Below are positions 1 to 13,679 of a stretch of DNA of 64,000 nt, piece by piece. This stretch comes from Octopus vulgaris. Its lineage: Eukaryota. The stretch spans positions 25,730,001 through 25,794,000 of the forward strand of contig OX597829.1 of the NCBI GenBank assembly GCA_951406725.2. The letters run 5' to 3'. The notes under the pieces are model-generated. The model did not search any database. It worked only from the letters and a program-made list of their open reading frames with translations, and had not been told where the DNA came from. The first letter of the stretch is position 1. Each line of letters opens with the position of its first letter. Position numbers and translations under genes: made by a program.

Positions 1-778
1 ATCAGCTCAAATTTTCCCTCATTCAGTTGCATTTTGTTTCTGTCTGCCCATTGACTCACAGCATATAGATCAGACTGGAGTTGAGTTCGGTCTGCTTCTT
101 CATTGACGATTTGCTGGAGCTTAGTGGCATCAGCAAATATTTTCACTTTGCAGTAATGTACGACACTGGAAAGGTCGTTTATGTAAATTATGAAGAGTAG
201 CGGACCCAAGACAGTCCCCTGGGGAACACCGCTGGTGACTTTTGCTGGGCTTGAGTGGACTCCATCAACTACAACATGTTGTGTTCTATTCGCCAGGAAA
301 TACTTAATCCAGTGTAGAACTTTTCCACGGATTCCAACATTTGCCAATTTTGAGAGTAGGATATTATGGTTTACCCTGTCGAACGCTTTACTGAAGTCAA
401 GATATATGACGTCAGAGTTCGAACCTGTTCCCAAGGCTTTGAGTACATCTTCAATGTGGTGTAAGAGCTGTGTTAGACAGACCCTGCCACAGCGAAAGCC
501 ATGCTGATTTGCATTTAGGAGTTTGTGGGTCTCCAGGAAGTCAGCTATCCTTGATCTTAACACTCTTTCAAACACTTTAATGATGTGGGAGGTGAGTGAG
601 ATTGGGCGATAGTTGACTGTTTCCCTGTTTCAAAACCTGGATGACCGACTGGGATAGAAACTGTTTCGATATATAACCTGCATCTAACGAATTTCTCCAG
701 AGGTTGGTCAGAGGGACTGCAAGTTGGTGTCTACATTCCTTCAGGAGACTAGCGGGGAATCTCTCAGGGCCTACAGCA
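1..778 (-). mobile_element. Degenerate CR1-group LINE reverse-transcriptase fragment (runs off window edge)
   Basis: Minus-strand translation gives NYRPISLTSHIIKVFERV, QHGFR, YLDFSKAFDRV, SGVPQGTVLGPLLFIIYINDL and FADAT (catalytic FADD mutated), with a frameshift near 620. Confidence 0.9.
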
Positions 779-810
779 GAGTAGTATTTATTGCTGCTAT
801 ATATATGTAG

Positions 811-1018
811 ATGTTTGTGTGTCTTTGTCCACCCCACACATAGCTTCACAACCGATGTTGGTATGGTTACGTCTCCGTAACTTAGCGGTTCGGCAAAAAG
901 AGACCGATAAAATAAGTACTAGACTTACAAAGAATAAGTCCTGGGTTCGATTTGCTCGACAAAAGGCGCTGCTCAGCATAGCCGCAGTCAAATGACTGGA
1001 ACAAATAAAAGAAAAAAG
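811..1018 (+). mobile_element. SINE family A, 3' half
   Basis: Matches the 3' half of the full copies (acttagcggttcggcaaaa...gccgcagtcaaatgactg). Confidence 0.85.
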
Positions 1019-1504
1019 ATTATTAAAATAATGTACACGCACATCTATTCATATATTTTCATATATACTGTATTTTCCGGTATATAAGCAGCACTTTTTT
1101 CCAAAAAAATTCTCCTCAAGCGTCACCCTTGCGCTTTATGTGCTGAAGGTTAGGCTTAGGGTAGTCTTGGTTAGTGTTATTAACAATGAACAGTACTGTT
1201 GACGGTGGAGGTCGGTGGTGATATTTGATAGTGTTGATGTGAGTATTGTGACTTAGCCGACCACAAAAGCTTACAAAAGGACATCAGTCTAAATTTTTTC
1301 ATGGTTCCTATATATATGAAAATATATGTTCGATTTCCAGCGTTGGGATTCGCAGTTCCGAACTGCTCACCCAACCACCTAAGTACTTGAAGTATTCAGC
1401 AACATTCAATTTGGAACCATAATAATAATAATAATAATTTTGTTTCTTTGTTACAAACCAACTCCCTCTTTTAAAAATATACCTAAAATGAAGGCATACA
1501 TACA

Positions 1505-2002
<498 letters not shown>

Positions 2003-2021
2003 TGTAATCATGCATGCATGA

Positions 2022-2052
<31 letters not shown>

Positions 2053-2474
2053 CATACATACATACATACATACATACATACATACATACAGATGTACGCA
2101 TATTCATGGTGGTTCTTACCTCAGAGACCCGTATGACCATCATTGAAAATTTTCCTACCCTAGATGTTAAAGACCATGGCTACCAGCTATGCCCGTGCTG
2201 AAATTTAAAGTCAATAGCAGTTTGTACATTCACGAAGACTCCCAGTTATAAAGCTAAATAGCTCAGAAACAAGTAAGAGAAAGATCTCCGGTTTTGCAAT
2301 GAGACATCCTAGAGCGATGTCAAAACAAAGAGTAGGGGGTTTCTCACTACCAACCTTTTTGAACGCCGTTGACTCTAGTGAGTTCATCCGTCCTTTGAGA
2401 AGTTTCGGTTTTCGTCTTGCAGGCTGTCCAACGAAAAGCATCCTCCTTTCCAAGCCTGCTGGGTTGTGTTATCT

Positions 2475-3215
2475 ACAATGCGTTTCGTCCAAGCAGTAAA
2501 GCCCTTACCAGCCTTGTTTAAGAAATACAAAGGCTACATGATAGGAGCTGCAGGTAAAAAAAAATATTAATTTCACCCACAAATTTTTTAATGGCCTACT
2601 GAAATAATTAATATTTACGATACCAAAAGGCAGTTAGAATTGGTCACAATATTCTCACGGGACAAAAGAAAAGGGCTTGGTCAGAACAAGCGTTCACATT
2701 TAGCAGTCAAACAAAGAAAAATTGTCGACCAGGCAAGGAATATGAATATCGATTTTAAATTTTGGCGCAAGGCCAGCAATTTGGGGGAAGAGAGTAAGTT
2801 GATTATATTGACCACAGTGATCAAATGGCACTTATTCTATCGACTCCGAAAGGATGAAAGACAAAGTCGACTTCGGCAGAATTTGAACTCAGAACGTAAA
2901 AACGTACGAAATGCCGCTAAACATTTTGCCCAGTGTGCTAAAGATACTGCCAGCTATCTATCACCTTAAAATCGATGGGAACATTGCATACGTGGTGCTG
3001 TGAGTAAAGCTAAAGTGACAAAAGAGTATTTCAGACTTCAGAAGATATAATAGTCAATGTTCCGCAGGATGCAAGATTGCACACTTGGAAAAAAAAAAAA
3101 AATTGGACATCAACACAAGAAGGACACTAACAACGATTGATAACTTCAACATCAACAATGACACTGATAAAATTTACGTTAAACGTAGGGAAGAAAACAG
3201 AGGCTAGAAGACGAC
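2475..3215 (+). mobile_element. Decayed R4/Dong-clade LINE RT fragment interrupted by a SINE B
   Basis: Translates to LSTMRFVQAVKPL..KGYMIG, KRQLELVTIFSRDK..GLGQNK and DINTRRTLT..FNINNDTDKIYVKR..NRG, resembling RLE-LINE RT and thumb motifs. Confidence 0.6.
2750..2968 (-). mobile_element. SINE family B
   Basis: Reverse complement of the family B copies at 13124 and 60521 (gttctgagttcaaattc..gtcgactttg.ctttcatcctttcgg). Confidence 0.85.
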
Positions 3216-3236
3216 CATTTATAGATTTATAAATTA

Positions 3237-3599
3237 CTAGCAGTATCGCCCGGCGTTGCTCGGGTTTGTAAGGGAAGTAACTATATAAGCATTTTTAGAG
3301 AGTTATAGCCAAAAAATAGCCAAAAAAATGCATTAAAAATGGGAAAAAAATTATGGTAAATTTTTTTTTTAATCGTTGACTCATCGTAGACATTTTTAGA
3401 GAGTTACTTCCCTTATATAATAGCGAAAAAATGCATTAAAATGGAAAAAAATGATGGTAATTTTTTTTTTAAATCGTAGACTCGTGAATCACGACTATAA
3501 GATACCCGGTTTTGGTTAAACTGCACCGCAAAATGTGGGAGTAGTTAAGAATCTAAATCGTAGGAGACAGACACACAATTTGACTTTTATATATAAAGA
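3237..3599 (-). mobile_element. Non-autonomous Helitron
   Basis: Minus strand starts 5'-TC (3599) and ends CTAG-3' (3237), inserted between A and T with no TSD. GC hairpin CCCGaGC-AAC-GCCGGG lies about 8 nt before CTAG. Confidence 0.85.
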
Positions 3600-3922
3600 T
3601 ATAACACTGCAGATCTTTCGTAATCTGTTCTTTACAAGAATAAATAGCTTTACTCCAAAATAATTCTAGAGTTATAAAGCTTTCAGACAGTCCTTCAGTA
3701 GTTCAAACTGTTAAATTTCTTTCAATTACTTACATCTTTCCAGTCATCAGTGACCGGATCGCTGTTGGTGCGACGAAAAGTTTGAAAAAAAAAAAAAAAA
3801 AATTAAGTCAATGAAACAGTCTTTGCGTGCTTTTGAAAGCCCAGTATGTGCCTTTCCCGCTGGAATTGTTTCAGTTTCAACGCACAGTTTCGAATCAAAT
3901 CATTTGCTTAGCAAGTATAGCT

Positions 3923-4470
<548 letters not shown>

Positions 4471-4793
4471 AATTATATTTATTATCTAGCGGTTCGGCAC
4501 AAAAAAATTAATAGAATATATACAAAGCTAAAAAACAAAATGGATACTGGGGTCGATTCGTTTGGCTTAAAACTTTTCAAAGTGGTGCCCCAGTATGACT
4601 GTAGTCTAATGATTGAGACAAGTAAAAGATACTTAGACACACACATTGATTGATAAAGAAGTTTCTTTAAAAGGTACTATATTCATTAGACCTTAAAGGA
4701 ATTTAGTGGCGAAAGTTAAAAAAGGAATTTTTCTTTCCTCTCTCTCTTGTTTTTTTTCTTCTTTTCTTTATCATTGTTAGAAAGCATGTGATT

Positions 4794-4888
4794 TGTATTT
4801 TAGTGTGTGTTTGCTGTCATGAGATCATTGACTGTTTGAAGGATGAGCCGCGTGTGTTTGTTTGTTTGTTTGTTTGTACGTGCATCTG

Positions 4889-4969
<81 letters not shown>

Positions 4970-5485
4970 TTCTGTGTGTGTGCGTGTGTGGCTGTGTGGT
5001 CAGAACATTCCACACCTACAAACATTACAAGTGGCACTCTCTCTCTCTACGCATCAGCGAGTCAAGTTGAAAGGAACTTTTACTTTTTAAGCCATCTGTA
5101 TATAGATTGTCAGATGAGAGGGCAAAAAACATTTAAGATGTCGTTCAGCTTGGGTCATTATCTGAGGGCTTTACTTTAATTACTTTCGATCAACATTGAA
5201 GACTGTTACCAACATCCTGTTGGTCAGTGGCTAGTGTTGAAATGCAGGTGGATTCCCTGCTGTGTTGGACGATTTCATCTGGATAAGACACCCAAGTGGC
5301 GCCTGACTTACAGGGCCGTCAGTTCTGTTCAGGGAGTGGTGTTTAAATGACAGGGCAGTACTATGTCCGGCCACACGACCAATGAAGCGTGTATTCAGTA
5401 TGAGAGAAGTTTTGTCATTCATGACCTTACTAGCGTTAAAGAGCTTTCAGCTGTTGTCAATCGGCTGTAAAGATCTTTTGTAACA
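4794..5485 (-). mobile_element. Solo-LTR-like repeat, copy 1 (TGT...ACA termini, internal microsatellite)
   Basis: Near-identical inverted copy at 46619-47238; termini TGTTACA.../...AATACA; no clear TSD. Confidence 0.55.
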
Positions 5486-6251
5486 AATTTTTTTGAATTT
5501 TCATCAAAATATCTCCGCTCGCTTACAAACAACACACACAAACACTCGCGCGCGCGCGCACACATGCACACATGTATGTATGAATATTTGTATCTATGTA
5601 TATGCTTTGTAGATAGGGAGACATTATTGCGCACATGTGTGGTTTTGTAAGTTATGGGTGTAAGTAAAAGATACTTGCGCAAGGTGCCACGCAGTGGAAC
5701 TGAACTCTGAATTATGTGGTTGGAAGCAAACTTCTTTGTCAACTGCCTCACCTTCCCCTATGTATGTATGTATATATATATATATATATATTATATTGAG
5801 GGTACTACTATTCGTAGATACCAACACGCTAAGAGGGACCAATGCGGTCAAAACTACTAAAAAATAAACAAAATTTTACCGAATGCAAAACTTCAAAACA
5901 CATCATTTTAAAAAAGAATTCAGTTACATATCACATGTGATTTCGCATTTAATGCAGAATATGCATTTCATGTTCGTTAGTGCAACAAACTTAAGAAATA
6001 TAAGAGAAAACATAACATTACAAGCTCGATAGCCAACCGTAGAATTCGTCGTAGCATGTACGAATGTTTATCTTTACATATCTATGAAAATGGCGGGCTT
6101 ATTCGCAATGCATTTCGGTGACAAATTGTCTAGGCGGAATAAAAATTCAGTATTGAACTATTCCGGTGAAAAATATAAATTAACAATTGAGGATAAAATC
6201 TTTAAAAGAAATTATCAGTAGTCAGCGTGGAAAACCTATATATATATATAT

Positions 6252-6310
6252 ATAACTGAAGAGATGACGGCGTGGGTTTCCGCATTGACATCCGAAACTC
6301 GGAGTTTTAT
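6252..6310 (+). ncRNA. Type I hammerhead ribozyme-like motif in a (TA)n-embedded unit
   Basis: ATAA-CTGAAGA-GATG..CATC-c-GAAA-CTCGGAG-TT-TTAT gives stems I, II and III plus the core; one extra C precedes GAAA. Confidence 0.55.
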
Positions 6311-6348
6311 CATAGCTACCGAATAATTGTCACATATTATATTTACAG

Positions 6349-6418
<70 letters not shown>

Positions 6419-6573
6419 TTTGTTGAAAACATAAATCCGAAAGAAGAAGCACACTCTAAGATGTAGACCAGTATATCTTAAAAATGGGGAAGGCCGGTTT
6501 ATGAGATTACCTTAGGTGAGGCATGTCCCTCTCCATATTTTTAAGAGGGCATAGGCCAAAAGGCTTTTGGGAG

Positions 6574-6619
6574 CTGACGATACGCCATAAAACTAAACCC
6601 TTTATGGACGGGAAACGTA
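6574..6619 (+). ncRNA. Degenerate hammerhead-like motif
   Basis: CTGACGA, a ccataaa/tttatgg hairpin, then GAAACGTA; stem I is not clean. Confidence 0.3.
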
Positions 6620-7472
6620 ATGTAATCCCTTAGACCTGCCTTCCCTATTTTTATCATATATATATTCACATACATACATACATACAAATATATCATATAC
6701 AAGTAAATGTGTATATCATATACGTATTATACATATGTATGCCTGCACGTATGTATTTTTATATATAAATATATATATATGTATTTAGTTTGATATACAG
6801 GGGCTGTTTAAAATGCGTACACCGAGTTTGCCTACAGCTAGGCAAGCTTCCACTGTTTACCTTTTTCCTATTACTTCTTGCAGTCATTGGACTGCAGCCA
6901 AACAAGGCCACAGCCTTAAAATGCTATAGTCAAACAAATCAATTCTTGTACATATGCTCTATTTTAAAGTCTGTTAGTCATTCTCTCCATACCTTTTAAC
7001 GAGCCGCTAAGTGCCGGGGAAGTAAATAAGCCAATAGCGGTTGCCAAGTGGGTGGAATGGCGTGGATATACACAAAGGCACTCAAACACATATACAACGG
7101 GTTTCCAAACGATTCCCGTTTCCTTAAATCCTTAAAAATGTTTTAGCCAGAAGGCCGCGGCCATGCTGGGGCACCACCGCTAAATTTACTAAATTTACTC
7201 ACAAGGTATTATTCAGCGCGGGACACTTGTAAAAAGTGTCATGCAGTGTAACTGAACTCGAAACGACATGGTCGTAGAGCGAGTTTCTTAACCACACAGC
7301 CATGTCTGTGTATGTATATATGTGTGTGTGTATGTATGTATGTATGTATGTATGTATGTATGTATGTATGTATGTATGTATGTATGTATGTGTGTGTATG
7401 TATGTACGTATATATATACGTATGTATGTATGTATATGTATATATACATATATATATATAAATAATCATATA

Positions 7473-7507
<35 letters not shown>

Positions 7508-7572
7508 GAATTAACTTATAAAACATAGTTCAACAAATTCAATATATATATGTGTGTGTGCGTATGTGTACA

Positions 7573-7719
<147 letters not shown>

Positions 7720-7772
7720 AAATCAGAAAATGATTCTTTCTTGATTGCGGCTTTTTTTTTTATCCATATATA

Positions 7773-7970
7773 TAGTTAATCCAAACATGAAAACACAAAG
7801 AGAAAACACAACAACGTGAGGACGTGGAACAAGTATAGTATTATTGGACGCTCAGGAAAGAAGGAGGGTTCAACGTTTCGAGCGGAGCTCTTCGTCAGAA
7901 ACATAGGAGAACGAAAGATCCAAAGAAGGGAAGACAGAGGAAAAAAATCGCCAACGGTACACACGCGGTT
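7773..7970 (-). mobile_element. Penelope-like terminal-repeat unit in (TA)n, copy 1
   Basis: Homologous to 52316-52507; starts at a TA run and carries a minimal hammerhead. Confidence 0.65.
7868..7902 (-). ncRNA. Minimal type I hammerhead ribozyme
   Basis: GTTT-CTGACGA-a-GAGC-TCC-GCTC-GAAA-CG-TT-GAAC: intact core, 4-bp stems I and II, palindromic ACGT stem III. Confidence 0.7.
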
Positions 7971-8208
7971 CCAGACCGGGTGGTGTGCGTTGTGTTCTGG
8001 AGCCTAAAAACTTCATCTTGCGTTGCAATGTGATCACTTCGAAACCTGAAGCGTGGCACACAGTGCACCTGAGCGAGCTGATGTGCGCCACGAACATTTG
8101 ATCACCGTAAACAAATCATTTTTGTGCAGGTCGTTTGGCAAAAGCTGAATGCTTATTCCTGGACTTCGACGGGAGAGCTCATCATATATTTATATAAACA
8201 CGCACGTG

Positions 8209-8247
<39 letters not shown>

Positions 8248-9376
8248 TCTATGTGTATCAATGGCTCAGAAATGAGGTGAAAATGATTTAGTTAAATGAT
8301 TTGGACCAAGATGGATAAAAAAAAAGCCGCAATCAAGAAAGAATCAGAAGCGCATTGCTGAGAATGGTTTTTGTATCTTGAGGCTTGATGAAAACGATTC
8401 TCCTCAAATCTCGGGATCTTTGCAGAATAATAATGGCTTCTAATTTAGGAGTTAGGCTAGTAATTTTGAGGGGAGGATACAATCGATTACATCGAGCCCC
8501 AATTCATAACTTGTACTTATTTTATCGGCCTCGAAAGGTTGAAATTCAAAATCGATCTCGGTGAAATTTGAACTCAAAATATAAATAACGAAAAGTAATG
8601 TTGTTAAGCGCGATAACAGTTCTTCCAGCTCTCGCTTCTTAAATAGTAGTAATGATAGCTATTCTATAACTGATGTAGATGAGTTTAGAGGCAGCCCATA
8701 TGCAACATTATTTGCGTACTTCCTTAGAGGAAGGGGATTTGGGGCCTTTGAAACCTTATGTGTGATTTCCTTGAATAAGTTTGGGTTGTTGATTTGATAG
8801 GATATTTTTTTCTCTGATACTAAATCATTAAATGTAGATTTAAACTTATATCTCTTATTTTGATATTGCAATTCTTACATTTTCTTAATAATCATTCACA
8901 ATGTAATTTAGTTATATACTTTCACAATAAATATAATTACACATACAGTTTACATATTTGGCTTGCAAGATTCTTGATGTGAATTCGCATGTTGAAATAG
9001 ATTTTTTTTTATATCGGGAGGGTAATTATACCAATGATAATCGCATACACTGGTTCTATTTTCTTCTTTACTACTTATCAATTAATTAAATAATTAACCA
9101 ATTGATGAATAATAAAGAAGTGAAATACAACCAATGTGTATGTCTCATGATACACGACAAAATGTAATTATATATTTTCACAATAAATGTAATTTTATAA
9201 TTTCCGTATATTTCATGAATTTAACGTAAATTTCCGTTGAAATAACTGGTGACAAGCTTAGAAATCAATATAATAATAATAATAAACTCTTTTATTGGCT
9301 ACAAACGTTCTAGATGTTAGGGATAGCACATAAGTGGTTATTCAAATGACAATGATATAGCAAAACAAAAATAAAG

Positions 9377-9408
<32 letters not shown>

Positions 9409-10096
9409 GAATCAAAGAAAAAGGTGAACATAAAAAGAAATGATACGCGATGTTTTATGTATGGTTTAAGTACTTATTCATGCTGATAAAAAGCTACGCG
9501 ACTTTACAAGTTTATTATCTCCCTTTACCTCTGCAGTTTGAGCTGTCATGTCTTACTTACTGCATGACATTTACTATTATGCATAACATTTATTTTCCTT
9601 CGTTATAAGAACTGTTTCATTACGGAACTACCTTACACTTCTTTCTTACTTACTTTGCTGACAATATTTCTTCAGCAAAGAAATACATCCACATTTACAT
9701 CTAATCCTCCTATTTTTGTCCTGTTGTCAATAGTGATTCTGCTGTTGTCTCAGCCGTTTACAAAGTTCAATCAATAAATCTAAAGTATGGTGCGAATCAA
9801 CAGAATATCAACATTGATATATTGTTTCTTATCCTCACGTTAACTCTGATCGAACAAATCAAAGCCGTTCCGGTCGTGACCATTCCGTCCTTTATAAAAC
9901 GAACTAGAACTGATTAAGTCTACAATCCAAATAGATATTACCTTCATCAACTTCTCAGCGTATTTATGAGGCTGAAATATGTCTTGCAAAACCATGATGC
10001 GCTGCAATTCGTTTTAGTCGTTTTCCGCAACGTAATCTGACTTTGAGGCATGTTGTATATTTTCAATGTGTTCGACAGTATGACATTTAGGGAGAT

Positions 10097-10710
<614 letters not shown>

Positions 10711-11484
10711 GATAGAAAGAAAAAGATTGAGGGAGAGAAAGAGAGCAAGTGTGAGAGTGAGTACAGAAAGACAGATGGATAATAAGACAGATAGATAAGA
10801 TAGATAGAATAGACAGAGAAATGATAGATTGATACGTAAATAAATAAACAGATAGACAGACAGATAAATAAATAAAGACAGAGAGAGAAACGGATAGATA
10901 GACAGACAGATAGATAAAATGAAAGGAAGAAAGAAAAGAGGAAGAAGAGACGGAGAGATTACAATATCACTAAAATTGGTCACTATTTGAGATAAAACGC
11001 AATATGACGTAGTTGCTAAATTTAATCAGTTTTTATTATTTTATTTCTAAGTGACAGGAAATGTTTATCATACTAATTGCCTTTAGGCAAACATCATAAA
11101 TTAAATCTTTAATGTAAACTACAGATTTTAGCTATTGTACGGCCAGTTCCTTCTCCTGTCTCATCGGCTAACAAACGTCGTGGAGGTCACCTGCCCAGCG
11201 GATGTGAACATCTCCTTCAAAAAAAAAAATAAAGAAATAAATAAAGATAAAAATAAAGATAAAAAAGAAAAAGAAAACTGCTTCAAAACTTCCACATTTC
11301 CTACTAATATTATTAATTTAAATTTGTGGCCATAATCAATAATCATTGACACACATGGTCATGTTACCGAGTGGTTAAAAGCAATCCTCCAAAAAAGACA
11401 AGATTTTTCAAGCAATGAAACCGACAGGCTAAGACGAACTATACAGATACTATCTGTAAGTGAAACAGTAAACATATGCAAGAC

Positions 11485-11690
11485 TTTACTCTTTTACTCT
11501 TTTACTCGTTTCAGTCATTTGACTATGGCCATGCTGGAGTACCGCCTTTAGTCGAGCGAATCGACCCCAGGACTTATTCTTTGTAAGCCTAGTACTTATT
11601 CTGTCGGGTCTCTTTTGCCGAACCGCTAAGTTACGGGGACGTAAACACACGATCATCGGTTGTCAAGCGATGTTGGGGGCGACAAACACA

Positions 11691-11733
<43 letters not shown>

Positions 11734-11897
11734 GATGGGCTTCTTTCAGTTTCCGCCTACCAAATCCACTCACAAGGCTTTGGTCGGCCCGAGGCTATAG
11801 TAGAAGACACTTGCTCAAGGTGCCACACAGTGGGACTGAACCCGGAACCATGTGGTTGGTAGGCAAGCTACTTACCACACAGCCACTCCTACGCCTA
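11485..11897 (-). mobile_element. SINE family A, full length
   Basis: Same head, CORE-like segment, internal (CA)n and tail as the other copies. Confidence 0.92.
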
Positions 11898-11937
11898 TGT
11901 TGTTAAAATTTATCTGCAATATATTAGTTATAAAAAG

Positions 11938-12250
11938 TAAAGACCCCCACTTTGGTCATGAATGACCATGGGATTGCACCTAGAAAGTTCCCCTCCGAGG
12001 CATAAGTCCACGCAAAGTTGTTTATGGAAGACCAGCAGTTGCCCATGCATACCAGCCTCTCCTCTCCACACCACTGGTGTTATCCAAAGGAAAGGCAAAT
12101 GCCGACACAGCTTGGCACCAGTGACACAGCAGCCCTTTTCTACAACTGAGTGACCCGGAACAACGTGAAATAAAGTGTGTTGCTCAACAACACACTGCCT
12201 GGTCTGCGAATCGAACTCACTACCTTGTGATTGTGAGCCCGACGCTCTAA
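11938..12250 (-). mobile_element. tRNA-derived SINE family C
   Basis: Minus-strand head with B-box gagttcgattc and 3' hairpin ggtcattcatgacc; homologous to 46126-46421. Confidence 0.8.
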
Positions 12251-13123
12251 TTCTACAATAAGCAAAACATTTTAAACGCATTTTTATACACAATTCTAAA
12301 TAATATTTAGTTATAAAAATATAGGAATTTTTAAACATCAAATGAGTACAGGCGTCCAGTTGAATAAAGCAGGAATCCATAGGAAAAAAATGGTTTAAAT
12401 AAACAAAGAAACGTACATGCATACCTAAATCCAACCATCCAACTATCCATCCATACCTTCATACATACATACTTGCATACATAAATATACGCATACGCGC
12501 GCGCACACACACGCCCACACTCATACATACATACATACATACATAAATAAATAAATACATACATACATACATACATACATACATACATACATACATACAT
12601 ACATACATACATACATACATACATACATGAGAGTCATACATATATACATAAAAGCCGAAAACCATTAACTACCACCAGAAATTACTACTTCAATAATGAC
12701 CACCTCTACCTACGATGCAAATATCGATCCAAACAGCCTTCGAATGTCTACAACATCTACTAACCATCATGTGGCGAAGTGCGTCCATGAATCATGTATG
12801 TTTATATGCCGTAAACGGCATCATGCTAGTTGGAAAGAGCTCTTGGAAAAGTATTCCCTGACTCATGAGCTGGTATACACGTCCGAGGAAAATGCACTGC
12901 TCTATTGCGAAAGATCACGAGATGAAAGGAATTCCACTAATTAGCAGCAACTCATGCATGGCCGTCAGAAACCTTGAGAGTGTTTGTAACATAGATAACC
13001 AGATTTGTCTGTCATTGACAAACAACCTGTAAATAGGATTTCACTTTGAACAATATGCTTTTGCATTCCACGAACAGGAAATATCCCGATACACAATAAA
13101 TGTAGAGACACAGGTGAAAGATA

Positions 13124-13508
13124 AAAGCAGCGAGCTGGCAGAAACGTTAGCACGCCGGGCGAAATGTGTAGCGGTATTTCGTCTGCGCTACGTTCTGAGT
13201 TCAAAATTCCACCGAGGTCGACTTTGCCTTTCATCCTTTCGATTAAATAAGTACCCGTTACGCACTGGGGTAGATATAATCGACTTAATCTGTTTATCTG
13301 TCCTTGTTTGTCCCCTCTGTGTTTAACCCCTTGTGGGTAGTAAAGAAATAGGTAATTCGTCTGCCGTTACGTTCTGAGTTCAAATTCCACCGAGGTCGAC
13401 TTTGCCTTTCATCCTTTCGGGGTCGATAAAATAAGTACAAGTTGCGTACTGGGGTCGATCTAATCGACTGGTCCCCTCCCCCAGTCTACCTAGAGTAGAA
13501 AAGGATAT
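13124..13508 (+). mobile_element. SINE family B composite (full unit plus partial second unit) with 12-bp TSD
   Basis: TSD aggtgaaagata at 13112-13123 and 13509-13520; the segment ttcgtctg..gttctgagttcaaattccaccgaggtcg occurs twice. Confidence 0.88.
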
Positions 13509-13679
13509 AGGTGAAAGATATAAATACGACAACCGATGCAGAGACTCTGTGGAAGTAGAGCACTGAGTTTATCTTATCATGATATTATTTATTTCATAAA
13601 GATGATGTAACCAACTCATTGTAAATTCCAATCTGTAGAAAGTATAGTACTGAAGATAAAAGATATATAAGGTGTTAGT

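Noticed and set aside
2118-2157. Possible small exons with AG/GT signals (also near 9943-10002, 19577 and 52849-52898)
   Set aside because: No recognisable peptide, weak splice sites and no consistent exon chain.
5231-5422. 63-aa ORF also present at 46682-46873
   Set aside because: Conservation only reflects two nearly identical repeat copies; no recognisable domain.
5920-5965. GCAT/ATGC hairpin, GAAA and palindromic ATCACATGTGAT on the minus strand
   Set aside because: No CUGAnGA-like core precedes the hairpin.
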